Both the position numbers and the translations under genes were made by a program. From an uncultured virus (IMG/VR IMGVR_UViG_3300010354_009789) (lineage: Duplodnaviria > Heunggongvirae > Uroviricota > Caudoviricetes), in the IMG/VR virus record IMGVR_UViG_3300010354_009789: 64,000 bases of DNA, one strand, 5' to 3'. Positions within the stretch are counted from its first letter, which is position 1. Each line of letters starts with the position of its first letter. This document shows, in pieces, positions 1-11,115 of this stretch. The notes beneath the pieces are model-generated. The model was not told the origin of the DNA and ran no database searches. It was given only the letters and a program-made list of their open reading frames with translations.

Positions 1-638
<638 letters not shown>

Positions 639-656
639 TCAAGTTCTCCAAAGAAT

Positions 657-681
657 AAAAAAAAGGGGGTGATTACCCCCC
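657..681 (-). terminator. Rho-independent terminator
   Basis: GGGGGT-aatc-ACCCCC hairpin followed by a T8 run on the minus strand, downstream of 699..1262. Confidence 0.7.
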
Positions 682-698
682 ATAATATCTATATTAGA

Positions 699-1262
699 TC
701 AGAAACGCCATGCAGCACCCACAGTTGGGACAAGAGTAGATCCATTACCAAGTCCATACTTAAGATCTGCGAAAAGAACAACATTCTTATCAATTTGTTT
801 CTCAACCCCACCTTGAATATATCCAACGGTGGCATTTCTACGGGTAAGAATACCCCTCTCAGGACGCCAACCCCATAAACTAGGACCAGCCTCGCGGAAA
901 GCAGCACCACCACCAACATAAACATTAACCCTTTCATCCATAGCAAAATCATATGTCAGACCAAAAGCAGCCTCGGAATAATCTGAGAATGTAATTTGAG
1001 GACGAAAAGAAATTGGCGCCTTTACATCCAGTTCACGAAGATCAAGTCTTCCTATAACAGATGGGGCAGCTCCCTGACCATTAACTCCAATTGCAACTCC
1101 AGCCCCAGCATAAGAACCACGCAGACCCCTCTCAACATCTGCCGGTGCAGGTGCTGGAGAAACTGCATCTGTAATCTGAGGATTTACCATTGTTGGGTCA
1201 GCAGCAAATACGGGAGTGGTAAATGCAATAATAGCAAAACCAGCAAAAAATTTGTTAATCAT
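699..1262 (-). CDS. Outer-membrane beta-barrel / porin-like protein with signal peptide
   Basis: N-terminal signal peptide (…PVFA), alternating beta-strand pattern, C-terminal aromatic ...GAAWRF. Confidence 0.7.
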   Translation of the reverse strand: MINKFFAGFAIIAFTTPVFAADPTMVNPQITDAVSPAPAPADVERGLRGSYAGAGVAIGVNGQGAAPSVIGRLDLRELDVKAPISFRPQITFSDYSEAAFGLTYDFAMDERVNVYVGGGAAFREAGPSLWGWRPERGILTRRNATVGYIQGGVEKQIDKNVVLFADLKYGLGNGSTLVPTVGAAWRF

Positions 1263-1305
1263 ATACGCTCCTTCTATTAATACTGGACCTAACTATTTAA
1301 CTAAG

Positions 1306-2106
1306 TTAGGCATTAGTCGATGGTTCCGTAACACGTCCCAAGAATGGATTGTAATCCATAAGTTTAGAAATGTCCGTCTGAGCACCCATTTGGGTCCAAA
1401 AATCCAACAATCCATCATGCGATTGTCTATGAAATGCATTAATATGCTCCGGATGAATAGAAGATCCCAACTCTATCTTATAGAGAAAAAGTGGCATACT
1501 ATAAGTATTTCCCGAATTATAAAGCAAGTCATCAGCCACTGCCCTTGGTTTTACCCCATTATCAAGCTTATACTTATCACCACGAACATGAAGTCTAAGC
1601 ATCTTTTCTGCATGATGTCTGGTAATTGCATAACATGCCGTGGAGAAATCGTTCACAAATCTCTTATGCAAATGAACGTGCAGATCTCCAGTGCAAATAA
1701 TTGCCAACTGCAAAACATCCCAATCATAAGGGACTCTAGAAATCACATCAGTCCAAGTAAAGTTCCAATATCTAGCGATGTCAATATTACAATCATCTTC
1801 CATAATGATTGCATATGGACTATTAGAAGTTTCATACCAATGCTTAATTGCCTTTAGATGGGAAGTTACACATCCAATTTCGCCAGAAGATACTGCTTCT
1901 GGATATCTACCCTTGATAATATCACTAAGATCGTCTTCCCGACCATCGTAAGCAGAAATACGAGTGTAATTATCAAGTTCCCAATACTTAAACTGATCCT
2001 CCATATATTCCCAACGATCTGGTTGACCATCAAGATTGATCAAATAAATGGGACCAAAATTACGCAATTTGTAAACTGATTTATTTTTATCCATAATATT
2101 GTTCAC
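1306..2106 (-). CDS. Glycosyltransferase family 25
   Basis: IYLINL..R, GEIGCVTSH, IMEDD motifs. Confidence 0.85.
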   Translation of the reverse strand: MNNIMDKNKSVYKLRNFGPIYLINLDGQPDRWEYMEDQFKYWELDNYTRISAYDGREDDLSDIIKGRYPEAVSSGEIGCVTSHLKAIKHWYETSNSPYAIIMEDDCNIDIARYWNFTWTDVISRVPYDWDVLQLAIICTGDLHVHLHKRFVNDFSTACYAITRHHAEKMLRLHVRGDKYKLDNGVKPRAVADDLLYNSGNTYSMPLFLYKIELGSSIHPEHINAFHRQSHDGLLDFWTQMGAQTDISKLMDYNPFLGRVTEPSTNA

Positions 2107-2813
2107 AGGGTCTTAAGAATAGTATCAAGAACTTTCATCTTCTGATTATATAGGTCTACTTTTCCGTCCCATAGAGATCCCCCTCTAAAGTGAAGGAACT
2201 TTCCATCAATAAAATGCTCCATATTTAGTAATTCTATTCCCCTATAAAGTCCTCCAAAAGTAGGTTCCAATTCTTTCACACAAACATTATTTTCCTTAAG
2301 GAAATGATAAGTATGCCCACCACTATCACACATTTCCCCCTCAATATTGCCAAGATTGAAGTTTAGATTGCCCTTCATTTTTAATACTTGTTTCATGTCA
2401 AAGAACATGATTCCATTCCAGATATATCTAACATGCCCTCTCTGCGAAAGACTGGCAGAAATAGGATAATCACCCATAAACTCATATGGATCAAAATCCT
2501 CCATCAAAAACATATCAGAATCCAAAAAGAATACCAAGTCATCTTGACATTCCTTGGTGATAATATTATCCCACGCCCATTGAATTACACTGTCGGTAGA
2601 TGGCGATCCTACTGTAGGATTTCTATAGGGATATGAAATATATTTTACATGCTGATCTCTAGCAATGTCCTGCAGTCCAAAGATCACCTCCTCTTGCTTT
2701 GCATCATCCAGAACACAGAATTCATACTCACACTTTAGAAATCTCTGAAAATTAACTGCTTGAACAAGCAAGAAAAATGGATTATTTACCGCCGCCGTAA
2801 AAATCTTAAACAT
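2103..2813 (-). CDS. Putative GT-A fold glycosyltransferase
   Basis: FFLDSDMF DxD motif, CDSGG; located in glycan operon. Confidence 0.55.
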   Translation of the reverse strand: MFKIFTAAVNNPFFLLVQAVNFQRFLKCEYEFCVLDDAKQEEVIFGLQDIARDQHVKYISYPYRNPTVGSPSTDSVIQWAWDNIITKECQDDLVFFLDSDMFLMEDFDPYEFMGDYPISASLSQRGHVRYIWNGIMFFDMKQVLKMKGNLNFNLGNIEGEMCDSGGHTYHFLKENNVCVKELEPTFGGLYRGIELLNMEHFIDGKFLHFRGGSLWDGKVDLYNQKMKVLDTILKTL

Positions 2814-3532
2814 CAATTCTTCCTCAAAACAACCTGATACTCATCTTTGGCAATATAGAAACCATTCTCCAGAAAGTATGGAATTGAGTATTTTGCCTTT
2901 CCATACTCACTCTTTTCGTCTTGCCTTTGTGCCTGAACATTACGAACATCATCTATCAGTATAATTCCATTTTCACTAATCAGATCACGTTCTACAATAA
3001 TCTTAGCTTCGCGCAATTGCAATGCAGCGGTATGCTCAATTGGAGTCATGTCTCCTGTATCAATGTAAAGGAAATCAATCTGCCCCTCACCAGATTCAAG
3101 AAATTCTTCGGAACTCATATGATAATATTCAATATTCTCTAGACCATTAACCATAGTCTGAGATCTCTTGATATGCCTCGCATCAAGATCGATAGAAATT
3201 AACTCAATGTCTGTTCCCTGAATCAACTCACCAAAAACTCTAGTAAAACATCCAGCACTCCAATCCCAAACATCCGGATTTTCTGGTTGCCAATACTTTG
3301 GATCATCCTCATTGCATCCAGGATACTTACCATCCACAAAACTTCTAGATGTTCCCATTTCAACAATGAGTTTGAACTTATTCTTCAAAAATTTATCCCA
3401 ACAATACTTAAATGTATCATATCTTAATTCTGGAAGTCTATCAAAGTATCCAATAATTTCTTCATCAGAATAATATCCGGACATGCAGTTGTCCATATAA
3501 TGCTTGTAACGTTCAAGGGCATCAGATGTCAT
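2813..3532 (-). CDS. Class I SAM-dependent methyltransferase (Methyltransf_24-like)
   Basis: IVEMGTS, SIDLD, IDFLYID, GIILIDD motifs. Confidence 0.75.
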   Translation of the reverse strand: MTSDALERYKHYMDNCMSGYYSDEEIIGYFDRLPELRYDTFKYCWDKFLKNKFKLIVEMGTSRSFVDGKYPGCNEDDPKYWQPENPDVWDWSAGCFTRVFGELIQGTDIELISIDLDARHIKRSQTMVNGLENIEYYHMSSEEFLESGEGQIDFLYIDTGDMTPIEHTAALQLREAKIIVERDLISENGIILIDDVRNVQAQRQDEKSEYGKAKYSIPYFLENGFYIAKDEYQVVLRKN

Positions 3533-4556
3533 ATACTTTTCTCCATTGATCTAAGGTTTTGGTTGTGTGTTGTTCAGAGCATTCTCTCATTATAGCACAG
3601 ATCTCCTCTTTATTCTCCTTTACGATGTCCACACATTCCTTGATTTGAGAGTGGTCATCAAAATAAACCGCATATTGTGAATAGTATTCATTATACCATT
3701 CAACAAATTGAACAGTATCTGATGTTACTCCTGTGCTGAAGAAGTATCTAGGCATTCTAGACATGCTGAAGAAAAGTTCTTCGCTTGGCAAAATAACGGG
3801 CATTTCAAGTTGCATCAATTCAAATGCAGTAAATTTTGAATATGCATCCGGATGCATCAAAAAGCAAGAAAAGTTTTTAGATAGAACCCTTAACTCCTCT
3901 GCTCCCCGATATTTTGCATGAGCAGCAATTAGACCCTGATCCTCACATATCTCTCTACTATCTTGAAAGATATTATCATTGTGGTATCGGGAAACTAACA
4001 CATCCCCACAAATACCTTTGTCGATTAAATCGTTATGATGATCGCCACTAAATCCAACTAGATTTTCATAAACATCCTTTTCGGACAGTGGATTTGCTAT
4101 GGTCTTTCCGATAGGTCTAATTGTTTCATGCTCACAGTAAATATTAAACTGCTGCATCCATACTCTTTCAAATTCGGTGTATGGAATAATCTTAACTCTA
4201 TCCAGTTCTAAAGCGCCGCGAAAGAGATTGTAATATCCAACATCACCATTCATCTCATAGTCAAATCGATTTGACACCCAAATGTTCAATCTTCCACGAA
4301 ATTCATCAAAATTCTGCAGGAAGATTCTAGAAATGGGTGCCGTGTCGCTGGTGATCACATAATCAAACTGATTAAAGTAGTCTTTGTGATCTTCCCAAAT
4401 TTGATTGGCAAGATCTTCACTCATCCTATACGAATCATATGGAAGTCTCTCATCCCAATGAGAAAATTGAGATTCTATTTCAAATCCCAATTCATGAGCA
4501 ATATACTGATGATCCTTAAGGCATCCATAATGATGCGATAGATGCAAAACCCTCAT
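3522..4556 (-). CDS. Putative glycosyltransferase (GT-B like)
   Basis: MRVLHL start, ELMQLEMPVI resembles GT-B E-x-M-x-x-x-x-PV; operon context. Confidence 0.5.
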   Translation of the reverse strand: MRVLHLSHHYGCLKDHQYIAHELGFEIESQFSHWDERLPYDSYRMSEDLANQIWEDHKDYFNQFDYVITSDTAPISRIFLQNFDEFRGRLNIWVSNRFDYEMNGDVGYYNLFRGALELDRVKIIPYTEFERVWMQQFNIYCEHETIRPIGKTIANPLSEKDVYENLVGFSGDHHNDLIDKGICGDVLVSRYHNDNIFQDSREICEDQGLIAAHAKYRGAEELRVLSKNFSCFLMHPDAYSKFTAFELMQLEMPVILPSEELFFSMSRMPRYFFSTGVTSDTVQFVEWYNEYYSQYAVYFDDHSQIKECVDIVKENKEEICAIMRECSEQHTTKTLDQWRKVYDI

Positions 4557-5500
4557 AATACTCTAAACATATCTTGAATTCGATTTACATATGTGTGATG
4601 GTCGCGAACAAAGTTCATCGCATCACGCAATTTTGCTTCTGTGCAATTTCTAGAGTCTTCTACAAGACGATCGTAGAGTACCTCCAGATCTGAATGACAA
4701 GTGAAGTGTGGTCCAAAAACGTCTTCAATCCCTTCATGATTTGATCCCGTCCATCTTCCATAACTGATATTTTTGAATAGTCTACAAGGATAATAACGAC
4801 CCATTCTTAGATGAGGTTCATCCCGAATGTCAACTGAAATAAATGATTGTCTAACCAGATCAATGTTGAGATTGATATCATACTCAACATTTGCATTGAT
4901 TGCATTCCATCCGCCAACATTCATAAAGTGCTTATTGTGGGAATTGCAAATTTGCTCAAATCTCTTGATATTTGCCCCCTGAGGTGTTCCAACGAAAAAG
5001 ATATGCTCAGCGTTCTCATCAAATAATTTGGGTTCAATCTGATCAATCTCCGATGGGAGTAGATCAGTTGCCCACATTGTAGTTAATGTTTTTGTGTACT
5101 CATGATAATAATGGTGTTGAGCAAGATATGCCACTTCCATATCATGTGGCCACTTAATTTCCCACTCAGGAACCCAACGATCCGAAAAGAACACAAAATT
5201 ATAATAATGTGGATGGGCAATCCTTGCCTCTGTGAAATTGGAAGTTAATTCAAATGGCCTATCTGAGAAGTGATCAAAGTATACACAATCATCTCGGATT
5301 GGCATTTTTTGACTCACGTTAGTTTCGGTAATAAAAACCGTATCCGAAAAATCAACCCCACTCACATCATCATTATTATCAAACCACTCTGTCTCATATC
5401 CAAGTTCCTGAAGAGCTCTCCAGTATCCAAAATGAACATAAGAATGTGTGTGCGTTCCAATCTTGTGTCCCCACACAACTGCCTTTTTAAATGTTTTCAC
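4553..5500 (-). CDS. Glycosyltransferase (CgeB/Glyco_trans_1_2-like)
   Basis: FVGT, RLFKNISYG, C-terminal VRDHHTYVNRI motif. Confidence 0.7.
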   Translation of the reverse strand: MKTFKKAVVWGHKIGTHTHSYVHFGYWRALQELGYETEWFDNNDDVSGVDFSDTVFITETNVSQKMPIRDDCVYFDHFSDRPFELTSNFTEARIAHPHYYNFVFFSDRWVPEWEIKWPHDMEVAYLAQHHYYHEYTKTLTTMWATDLLPSEIDQIEPKLFDENAEHIFFVGTPQGANIKRFEQICNSHNKHFMNVGGWNAINANVEYDINLNIDLVRQSFISVDIRDEPHLRMGRYYPCRLFKNISYGRWTGSNHEGIEDVFGPHFTCHSDLEVLYDRLVEDSRNCTEAKLRDAMNFVRDHHTYVNRIQDMFRVL

Positions 5501-6386
5501 TCAACCAATCTCCCAATCTAATAGTAGGTTCCCAACCAAACTCCTTTTTAATTTTAGTAATGTCTGCCCTAGAATGCAACACTTCACCAAGTCTTGGGGG
5601 AAGGTGAATTTGATAATCAGAAATCATTCTGGCAATATGCTCGATCGCTATGGATTCTCCAGTTCCAACATTATAAACGCCGCCATACTTGCATAAACTA
5701 ACAGTCGCCGCCTGAAGATTTGCTCTAACAACATCAACTACATTTACAAAATCCCTTGTCTGGAATCCCTCTCCAACAATTGTTAATGGTTTACCCTCTT
5801 CTTTCTGTCTCCTAAAAATTCCCATCACCGGAGCATATTGACCCTGAGATGGTTGACGATTTCCATATACGTTAAAATAACGGAAGGTGATTGTTTCCAT
5901 TCCGTATAGTTCATAATACATTTTACACAACTGCTCTCCAGTATATTTGGAGATGGAATATGTATTAAAGCAATCTGCAGTGTTTGTTTCTATGCTGGGA
6001 AGGAAAAGACTGTTCCCGTAAACTGCTGAAGTTGAAGAGAATACAAACCGTTTTACCCCATGACTACGTGATGCCTCTAGGGCATTTGTTGTCGATAGAA
6101 CGTTATTGCGCATCGACTCATTTGGATATTCAACGCAATATTGAATAGAAACCTCGGATGCCATATGATAAACACAGTCAACACCTTCAAATAAGTGTTG
6201 AACCTTATCATACTCAGTAAGATCCTCTATAACATATGTTGCATTTTTATTGAAATGCGGAGTTCCCTTGGAAGAAAGATTGTCTATAACAACAACTTCG
6301 TGTCCACTATCCACCAATAGATCTACAAGATTTGATCCTATAAATCCACATCCACCAGTGACTAATGTTTTTAATTTCTGTTCCAT
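5487..6386 (-). CDS. NAD-dependent epimerase/dehydratase (UDP-glucose 4-epimerase-like)
   Basis: TGGCGFIGS, YSISK (YxxxK), RYFNVYG. Confidence 0.9.
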   Translation of the reverse strand: MEQKLKTLVTGGCGFIGSNLVDLLVDSGHEVVVIDNLSSKGTPHFNKNATYVIEDLTEYDKVQHLFEGVDCVYHMASEVSIQYCVEYPNESMRNNVLSTTNALEASRSHGVKRFVFSSTSAVYGNSLFLPSIETNTADCFNTYSISKYTGEQLCKMYYELYGMETITFRYFNVYGNRQPSQGQYAPVMGIFRRQKEEGKPLTIVGEGFQTRDFVNVVDVVRANLQAATVSLCKYGGVYNVGTGESIAIEHIARMISDYQIHLPPRLGEVLHSRADITKIKKEFGWEPTIRLGDWLSENI

Positions 6387-7024
6387 CAATTTGTCCTCAA
6401 CGGCAGCCAGTATCTTTTATTGAACATAAAACATTCATCAGTAGGATATGAAGTCAATTTCTGATTAGTTGCTTCCAGAGAACTTGTCTGGAAGAACATC
6501 GGATCGTCAACAGAGTATACATTAAAATATTTTTGAACCTCAGCAAATCCTATATCATGATGATCTTCAATTTTATACCCATGCTCCGCAATTCTCTTGC
6601 AGAGTGATGTATAATCCTTTGAAAGGTATAGAATGGCATGTGCACCAACCATATTATAGATCCTAAGCAGGTTCCTGTCAATCCTCTCATATTGATTGAA
6701 TGGTCCAGAATGAGAATTCATTCTTCCCCAGGAAGACACTCCAAGGTATAGCGCATCAGCATCATCTGGAATCTCAATCTCATCATAAAATGAGAGTGGA
6801 ATACAATCGTCTTCCAATAAAATGAATGGTGGTTCAATCATACCAAGTGCTTCAGCATGAGAAATAGCACATCCAACCTTACCAATTTCAGTTTCAGTTG
6901 CAACAACCCTAGTTACATTTTTAAAATTCAACGCATCCAGAAGATCTTCCATCCTCCGTCTACGCTCAACATCTCTATCAAGATTGATATAGAGAACTGG
7001 CAGTTCTGTCAATTTCAATTTCAT
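6386..7024 (-). CDS. Glycosyltransferase family 25-like
   Basis: YINLDRDVERR, GCAISH, LLEDD. Confidence 0.75.
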   Translation of the reverse strand: MKLKLTELPVLYINLDRDVERRRRMEDLLDALNFKNVTRVVATETEIGKVGCAISHAEALGMIEPPFILLEDDCIPLSFYDEIEIPDDADALYLGVSSWGRMNSHSGPFNQYERIDRNLLRIYNMVGAHAILYLSKDYTSLCKRIAEHGYKIEDHHDIGFAEVQKYFNVYSVDDPMFFQTSSLEATNQKLTSYPTDECFMFNKRYWLPLRTN

Positions 7025-7725
7025 GTTCTCAATTCCTTATGATTCTTCTGAAGTGCGATGATCTTTGGTTCATATGGATAATTTGGATTGTTATAGAACT
7101 CCTCTGCCCAGCAGTATGATGGGGTTAGACTTTTTGCTGGAGGATTGTCAATTAAATAACGATTCATATGAGACTCATCATGCCAGAGGGCAACGACACC
7201 ATTCTCAAGATCCTTATTCACTCGATCAGCAATCACCTCTGACATTTCGATAAACTCTTTAGTTCTTCCGCCATTAAATCCACCAGCGTAATATGTCTCC
7301 CCCTGGCCAGGAGCAACGTATGCAAGAGACTTTGGATTTCTATCATAAGACATATCCAGGATGCTGTGGAATGATTGATATGGATGCTGAGTTGCAACCA
7401 CACCATCAGCAAGAACTTCAGTGCCAACTGGATTATCAATCCTCATATCGGCATCAAAATAGAAGCAATAATCATGCTGAAGAATATAATCCCTTTCTTT
7501 CACAAAGTAATTATACCTTTTTAGAGTTGGCATCGGCCAAGGTTCATGATCGATATAATGAACACGAACATTATCAGATGTCTCTTCAATTTCATGATCT
7601 GTAAAAAGCAAACAATTTATTTCTGCTTCCGGAATAAACTTCTCTGCAATATCATCATAGAGTTTTTCAACAAATTGCAAATACTTATTAGTTGCAATAG
7701 TAAGAATACAAATTTTCACAATCAA
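7021..7725 (-). CDS. Glycosyltransferase family 6 (ABO / alpha-1,3-Gal(NAc) transferase-like)
   Basis: IATNKY, WPMPTLKRY, FDADM, YYAGGFNGG, WHDESHMNRY. Confidence 0.9.
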   Translation of the reverse strand: MIVKICILTIATNKYLQFVEKLYDDIAEKFIPEAEINCLLFTDHEIEETSDNVRVHYIDHEPWPMPTLKRYNYFVKERDYILQHDYCFYFDADMRIDNPVGTEVLADGVVATQHPYQSFHSILDMSYDRNPKSLAYVAPGQGETYYAGGFNGGRTKEFIEMSEVIADRVNKDLENGVVALWHDESHMNRYLIDNPPAKSLTPSYCWAEEFYNNPNYPYEPKIIALQKNHKELRT

Positions 7726-8582
7726 ATCTCTCCTCTTAATGCCATTCTAATGCCTTCCTCCAAAGAAATCTTTGGCGTATAAAAACTCAACATTCTGCTA
7801 TTATTAGATACTCTATATTGAACTCCCACTGGAGCATCCAAAATATGATTTACTTCTGGAGAATAACCACGAATATTGCAAACAAGATTACACAGTTCGT
7901 TGAATGATGTTGCCACTCCAGATCCAAGATTTACAGGAACTGTAATGTCCAACTTAATTGCATCATCAACTGCATCAACAATATCACGAATGTGAATAAA
8001 ATCCCGAACCTGATTACCATCGCCCCAAATATCAAACGGGTCCATCAACCTATCTGCTCTAGCAATATAGGATGGAAATGGATAATCCAAATCCTGATCA
8101 GTGCCATATCCACTAAAAGGTCTGAATACGTGAGTCTTAATTCCCTCAGCACTCAGAAACTGCAATAAAAATTCTCCAGTAAGTTTTGCCCATCCATAAG
8201 TCATGTCTGGGTTACTTACGTTAGAAAGATCAATATCACACTCATTCAAATGATACTTTCCAACTTGAAGTTTAGTTGGATATGCAGCAGAGGATGAGAA
8301 GTATACTATTCTCCCAGGTTTTGTTCTGAGGGCCCAGTTGCACATCTCAGAATCAATTGATAGGTCTGTCGCGACTGATAGTGGATCTTTATCTATAGTC
8401 TGCCTTCCGCCAACAATTGCCGCAAGATGAACCACTAGATCAAACTTGTCGTCGGAAGTTTTGAAAAAGTCTCTGCAGTCATTTCCTTCTTTTAAGTCAA
8501 CTCCAACAATGTCATGATCTGCATACTTCATCATAAAGTATTTTCCTACAAATCCTTTATGACCGGTGATTAATATTTTCAT
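7722..8582 (-). CDS. NAD-dependent epimerase/dehydratase
   Basis: TGHKGFVG, SSSAAY, YGWAK. Confidence 0.85.
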   Translation of the reverse strand: MKILITGHKGFVGKYFMMKYADHDIVGVDLKEGNDCRDFFKTSDDKFDLVVHLAAIVGGRQTIDKDPLSVATDLSIDSEMCNWALRTKPGRIVYFSSSAAYPTKLQVGKYHLNECDIDLSNVSNPDMTYGWAKLTGEFLLQFLSAEGIKTHVFRPFSGYGTDQDLDYPFPSYIARADRLMDPFDIWGDGNQVRDFIHIRDIVDAVDDAIKLDITVPVNLGSGVATSFNELCNLVCNIRGYSPEVNHILDAPVGVQYRVSNNSRMLSFYTPKISLEEGIRMALRGEI

Positions 8583-9460
8583 TACAATTTAATCCAAGAA
8601 TCGGGACATACATCTGAATGATCAAGAGTGTTTAGTGGCCCACCCCACTTATCTTTATTTGGGCATACAATAGGTCTTGTCCTATTTCTCTGCAGCCAAG
8701 CACCCCACCAACTAAATGAACTATTACTAATTATACCACCATTACACAAAGACATCAAGCATAGGTCATTATATGGAATTAATGCACTTTGCTCATACCC
8801 CTGATTTGTCAACCAAGAATTTATTGGCATTCTATCATCCGTTTCAGAAAAGTAAAACCTATCAGGTTCAAACGCTCTTTGTTGTTTGCACCAATCAATG
8901 TCATCAGAAAATATCAAAACCGGAATATCTTCATCAAAGTGAGTTAATGCATCACTAAAATAATCCAGTGCCAAATTATAATGATATTGCGGTCGTTTTA
9001 CATAATCACCACGTCTAACATGAAGAAATATTGGAGCAACATCAAAAGTATCAATTAACGACTTGCATTCATCAAAAATTTCATCTACGAATTCAAAATC
9101 TCTGCGAACATCATCTTCTATATGCTTAAACCATTTCTCAGATTGAAAGAATCCACAAATACTTACTCCATCCGGACACTCATTCATAAACTCTTGATTA
9201 AAATAAAATGTTGTGGAATGACAAGGATCATCTGACGTTCTGTGCTTATATGTCGGATGTCCAATATATCCAAGATGGTTTACGTCATGAAGTTTAAAAA
9301 CATCATGCAGTAAGTAATTCGACACTCTGGTATTGTCATTTGGTGGCACACAATAAGTATATCCATGATATGCCGCAATTCCCTTTAGAGCTGCATATTG
9401 AAACATGGTATTTCCCAACCACCCCTTTCTCCCAAGTTCATCAAATCCAATCATAATCAA
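8582..9460 (-). CDS. Alpha-1,2-fucosyltransferase (GT11)
   Basis: GWLGNTMFQYA, GFFQSEKWF, LHVRRGDY, FSDDI, NSSFSWWGAW. Confidence 0.9.
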   Translation of the reverse strand: MIMIGFDELGRKGWLGNTMFQYAALKGIAAYHGYTYCVPPNDNTRVSNYLLHDVFKLHDVNHLGYIGHPTYKHRTSDDPCHSTTFYFNQEFMNECPDGVSICGFFQSEKWFKHIEDDVRRDFEFVDEIFDECKSLIDTFDVAPIFLHVRRGDYVKRPQYHYNLALDYFSDALTHFDEDIPVLIFSDDIDWCKQQRAFEPDRFYFSETDDRMPINSWLTNQGYEQSALIPYNDLCLMSLCNGGIISNSSFSWWGAWLQRNRTRPIVCPNKDKWGGPLNTLDHSDVCPDSWIKL

Positions 9461-9477
9461 ACTCTATAGTTTATTAC

Positions 9478-10272
9478 TTAATTATACGCAAAAAGTTCCT
9501 GCCAAAAAATTGCACCGTCCGGAGGCATCCAAACCCACTCTTGAGTTCCATTTGAATAAATCTTTGATACATTTGTCAGATTAGAAGATCTGCAAATAAG
9601 CAAATTACACATACTCAAAAGATACATTTCTAAAAATGCTTCCATCCACCATTTTTTTGTTGGGAAATTTAAAAGTTGCATTTTAATACTATTCTCATTC
9701 GCACTCTCTGCCCTCATCAAATTATCAACGTATCGAACTCTATCTCCAAATTTATCAACGAATCTATAGATGCTTTCTTTATTATCCGATGCAACAAATA
9801 TATTTGAATCCTCCCATTCAGTTAATGAACTATAGTATTCCACTATTTTCAGATAATGATCGATCGTATATATCCCATGCTTCGGATGCTCAATATGCAT
9901 ATCAGTCATTCTAACATGAATCCCTATTGTTGGGGTAGAAATGAGATTCTTATACTGATCTATGTAATTTTGCATCTCATCAGTAAAGGGATATTGTTTA
10001 ATAATGTCTTTATATTTTCCAAATAAAAATGCATTTTCTATAGGATCTAAATGGGTATGTGTGCAATACCCTCTTGCAACAATTCTTTCACACTCATCCC
10101 AATCAAAACTTGGTTGTTGAAAAACATAATCAAATGGATTCCCAAAACAATTTGCTCTGCTATCAACGCAATTCAAATAGGCATTATCGTATGTTAAATT
10201 TGATAAATTTTGAACCACAAACATCAATTTACTGAATACTCCACCCGCATCTATATCGAGTATAATATTCAT
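9478..10272 (-). CDS. Fucosyltransferase-like protein (NodZ/O-FucT, GT23-like)
   Basis: IGIHVRMTD, IFVASDN, EMYLLSMCNLLICRSSN. Confidence 0.7.
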   Translation of the reverse strand: MNIILDIDAGGVFSKLMFVVQNLSNLTYDNAYLNCVDSRANCFGNPFDYVFQQPSFDWDECERIVARGYCTHTHLDPIENAFLFGKYKDIIKQYPFTDEMQNYIDQYKNLISTPTIGIHVRMTDMHIEHPKHGIYTIDHYLKIVEYYSSLTEWEDSNIFVASDNKESIYRFVDKFGDRVRYVDNLMRAESANENSIKMQLLNFPTKKWWMEAFLEMYLLSMCNLLICRSSNLTNVSKIYSNGTQEWVWMPPDGAIFWQELFAYN

Positions 10273-10314
10273 ATGCTTAGGATGTTTAACGATAATTATT
10301 TATTGATAAGATCT

Positions 10315-11100
10315 TTATCTAGGTCTTCTCTTTTCCTTCCAATCCCATGTCGGCAACTGCGGCAACCAAATGTAATTTTGCTTCTTTTTGGAAAAGATCT
10401 TTGCCACATTTGGAAGATTAGACGTTCTGCAGACAATGGTATTACATCTACTTAAAAGACGCATTTCCAAAAATGCCTCTAACCAAAATCTTTTTCTATG
10501 GATATGGTCATACTGAAGTTGTGTGGAATTGCCATTATCATATTCACACCGCAACATATTTGGCACATATCCAACTCTTTCGCCAAATTCACTCTTGAAT
10601 CTATACAACGATTCATTATTATCAGATGCTACAAATAGATTAGCATCCGTTTTTAATAGCAAAGATTCTGATAGGTGTAAATAGTGATCGATATTATATA
10701 CTCCATATATTTTATGAAGCACGTTCATGTCGGTTAGTCTGATATGAACACCAATTGTATTGTGAAATACTAGATTCCTATGATCGTGAATCAACCTATT
10801 CAAATCTTCGGTAAAGATCAATTTTTGTGCTTGATTTTTATACGATTGAAATAGTGACGAATCTTCAATTCTATTTCTGTGTGTATAAGAGCCCATTCCT
10901 TGCGCAAAATACCGTTGATATGTGCCATCAACCTTAGGTTGAACAAACACATAATCAAACGGATTTTTATAAATTACAGTAGTATTGTCGTCTATGCAAT
11001 TTACATATGCATTTTGTGGGTTGTATTTTACTAAATTCTGAATGGCAAACATCACTTTGCTGAATATACCCGCTGCTCCAACATCGAGTAGAATATTCAT
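10315..11100 (-). CDS. Fucosyltransferase-like protein (NodZ/O-FucT), paralog of 9478..10272
   Basis: IGVHIRLTD, LFVASDN, EMRLLSRCNTIVCRTSN. Confidence 0.7.
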   Translation of the reverse strand: MNILLDVGAAGIFSKVMFAIQNLVKYNPQNAYVNCIDDNTTVIYKNPFDYVFVQPKVDGTYQRYFAQGMGSYTHRNRIEDSSLFQSYKNQAQKLIFTEDLNRLIHDHRNLVFHNTIGVHIRLTDMNVLHKIYGVYNIDHYLHLSESLLLKTDANLFVASDNNESLYRFKSEFGERVGYVPNMLRCEYDNGNSTQLQYDHIHRKRFWLEAFLEMRLLSRCNTIVCRTSNLPNVAKIFSKKKQNYIWLPQLPTWDWKEKRRPR

Positions 11101-11115
11101 CCTTAGTGGTGATGA

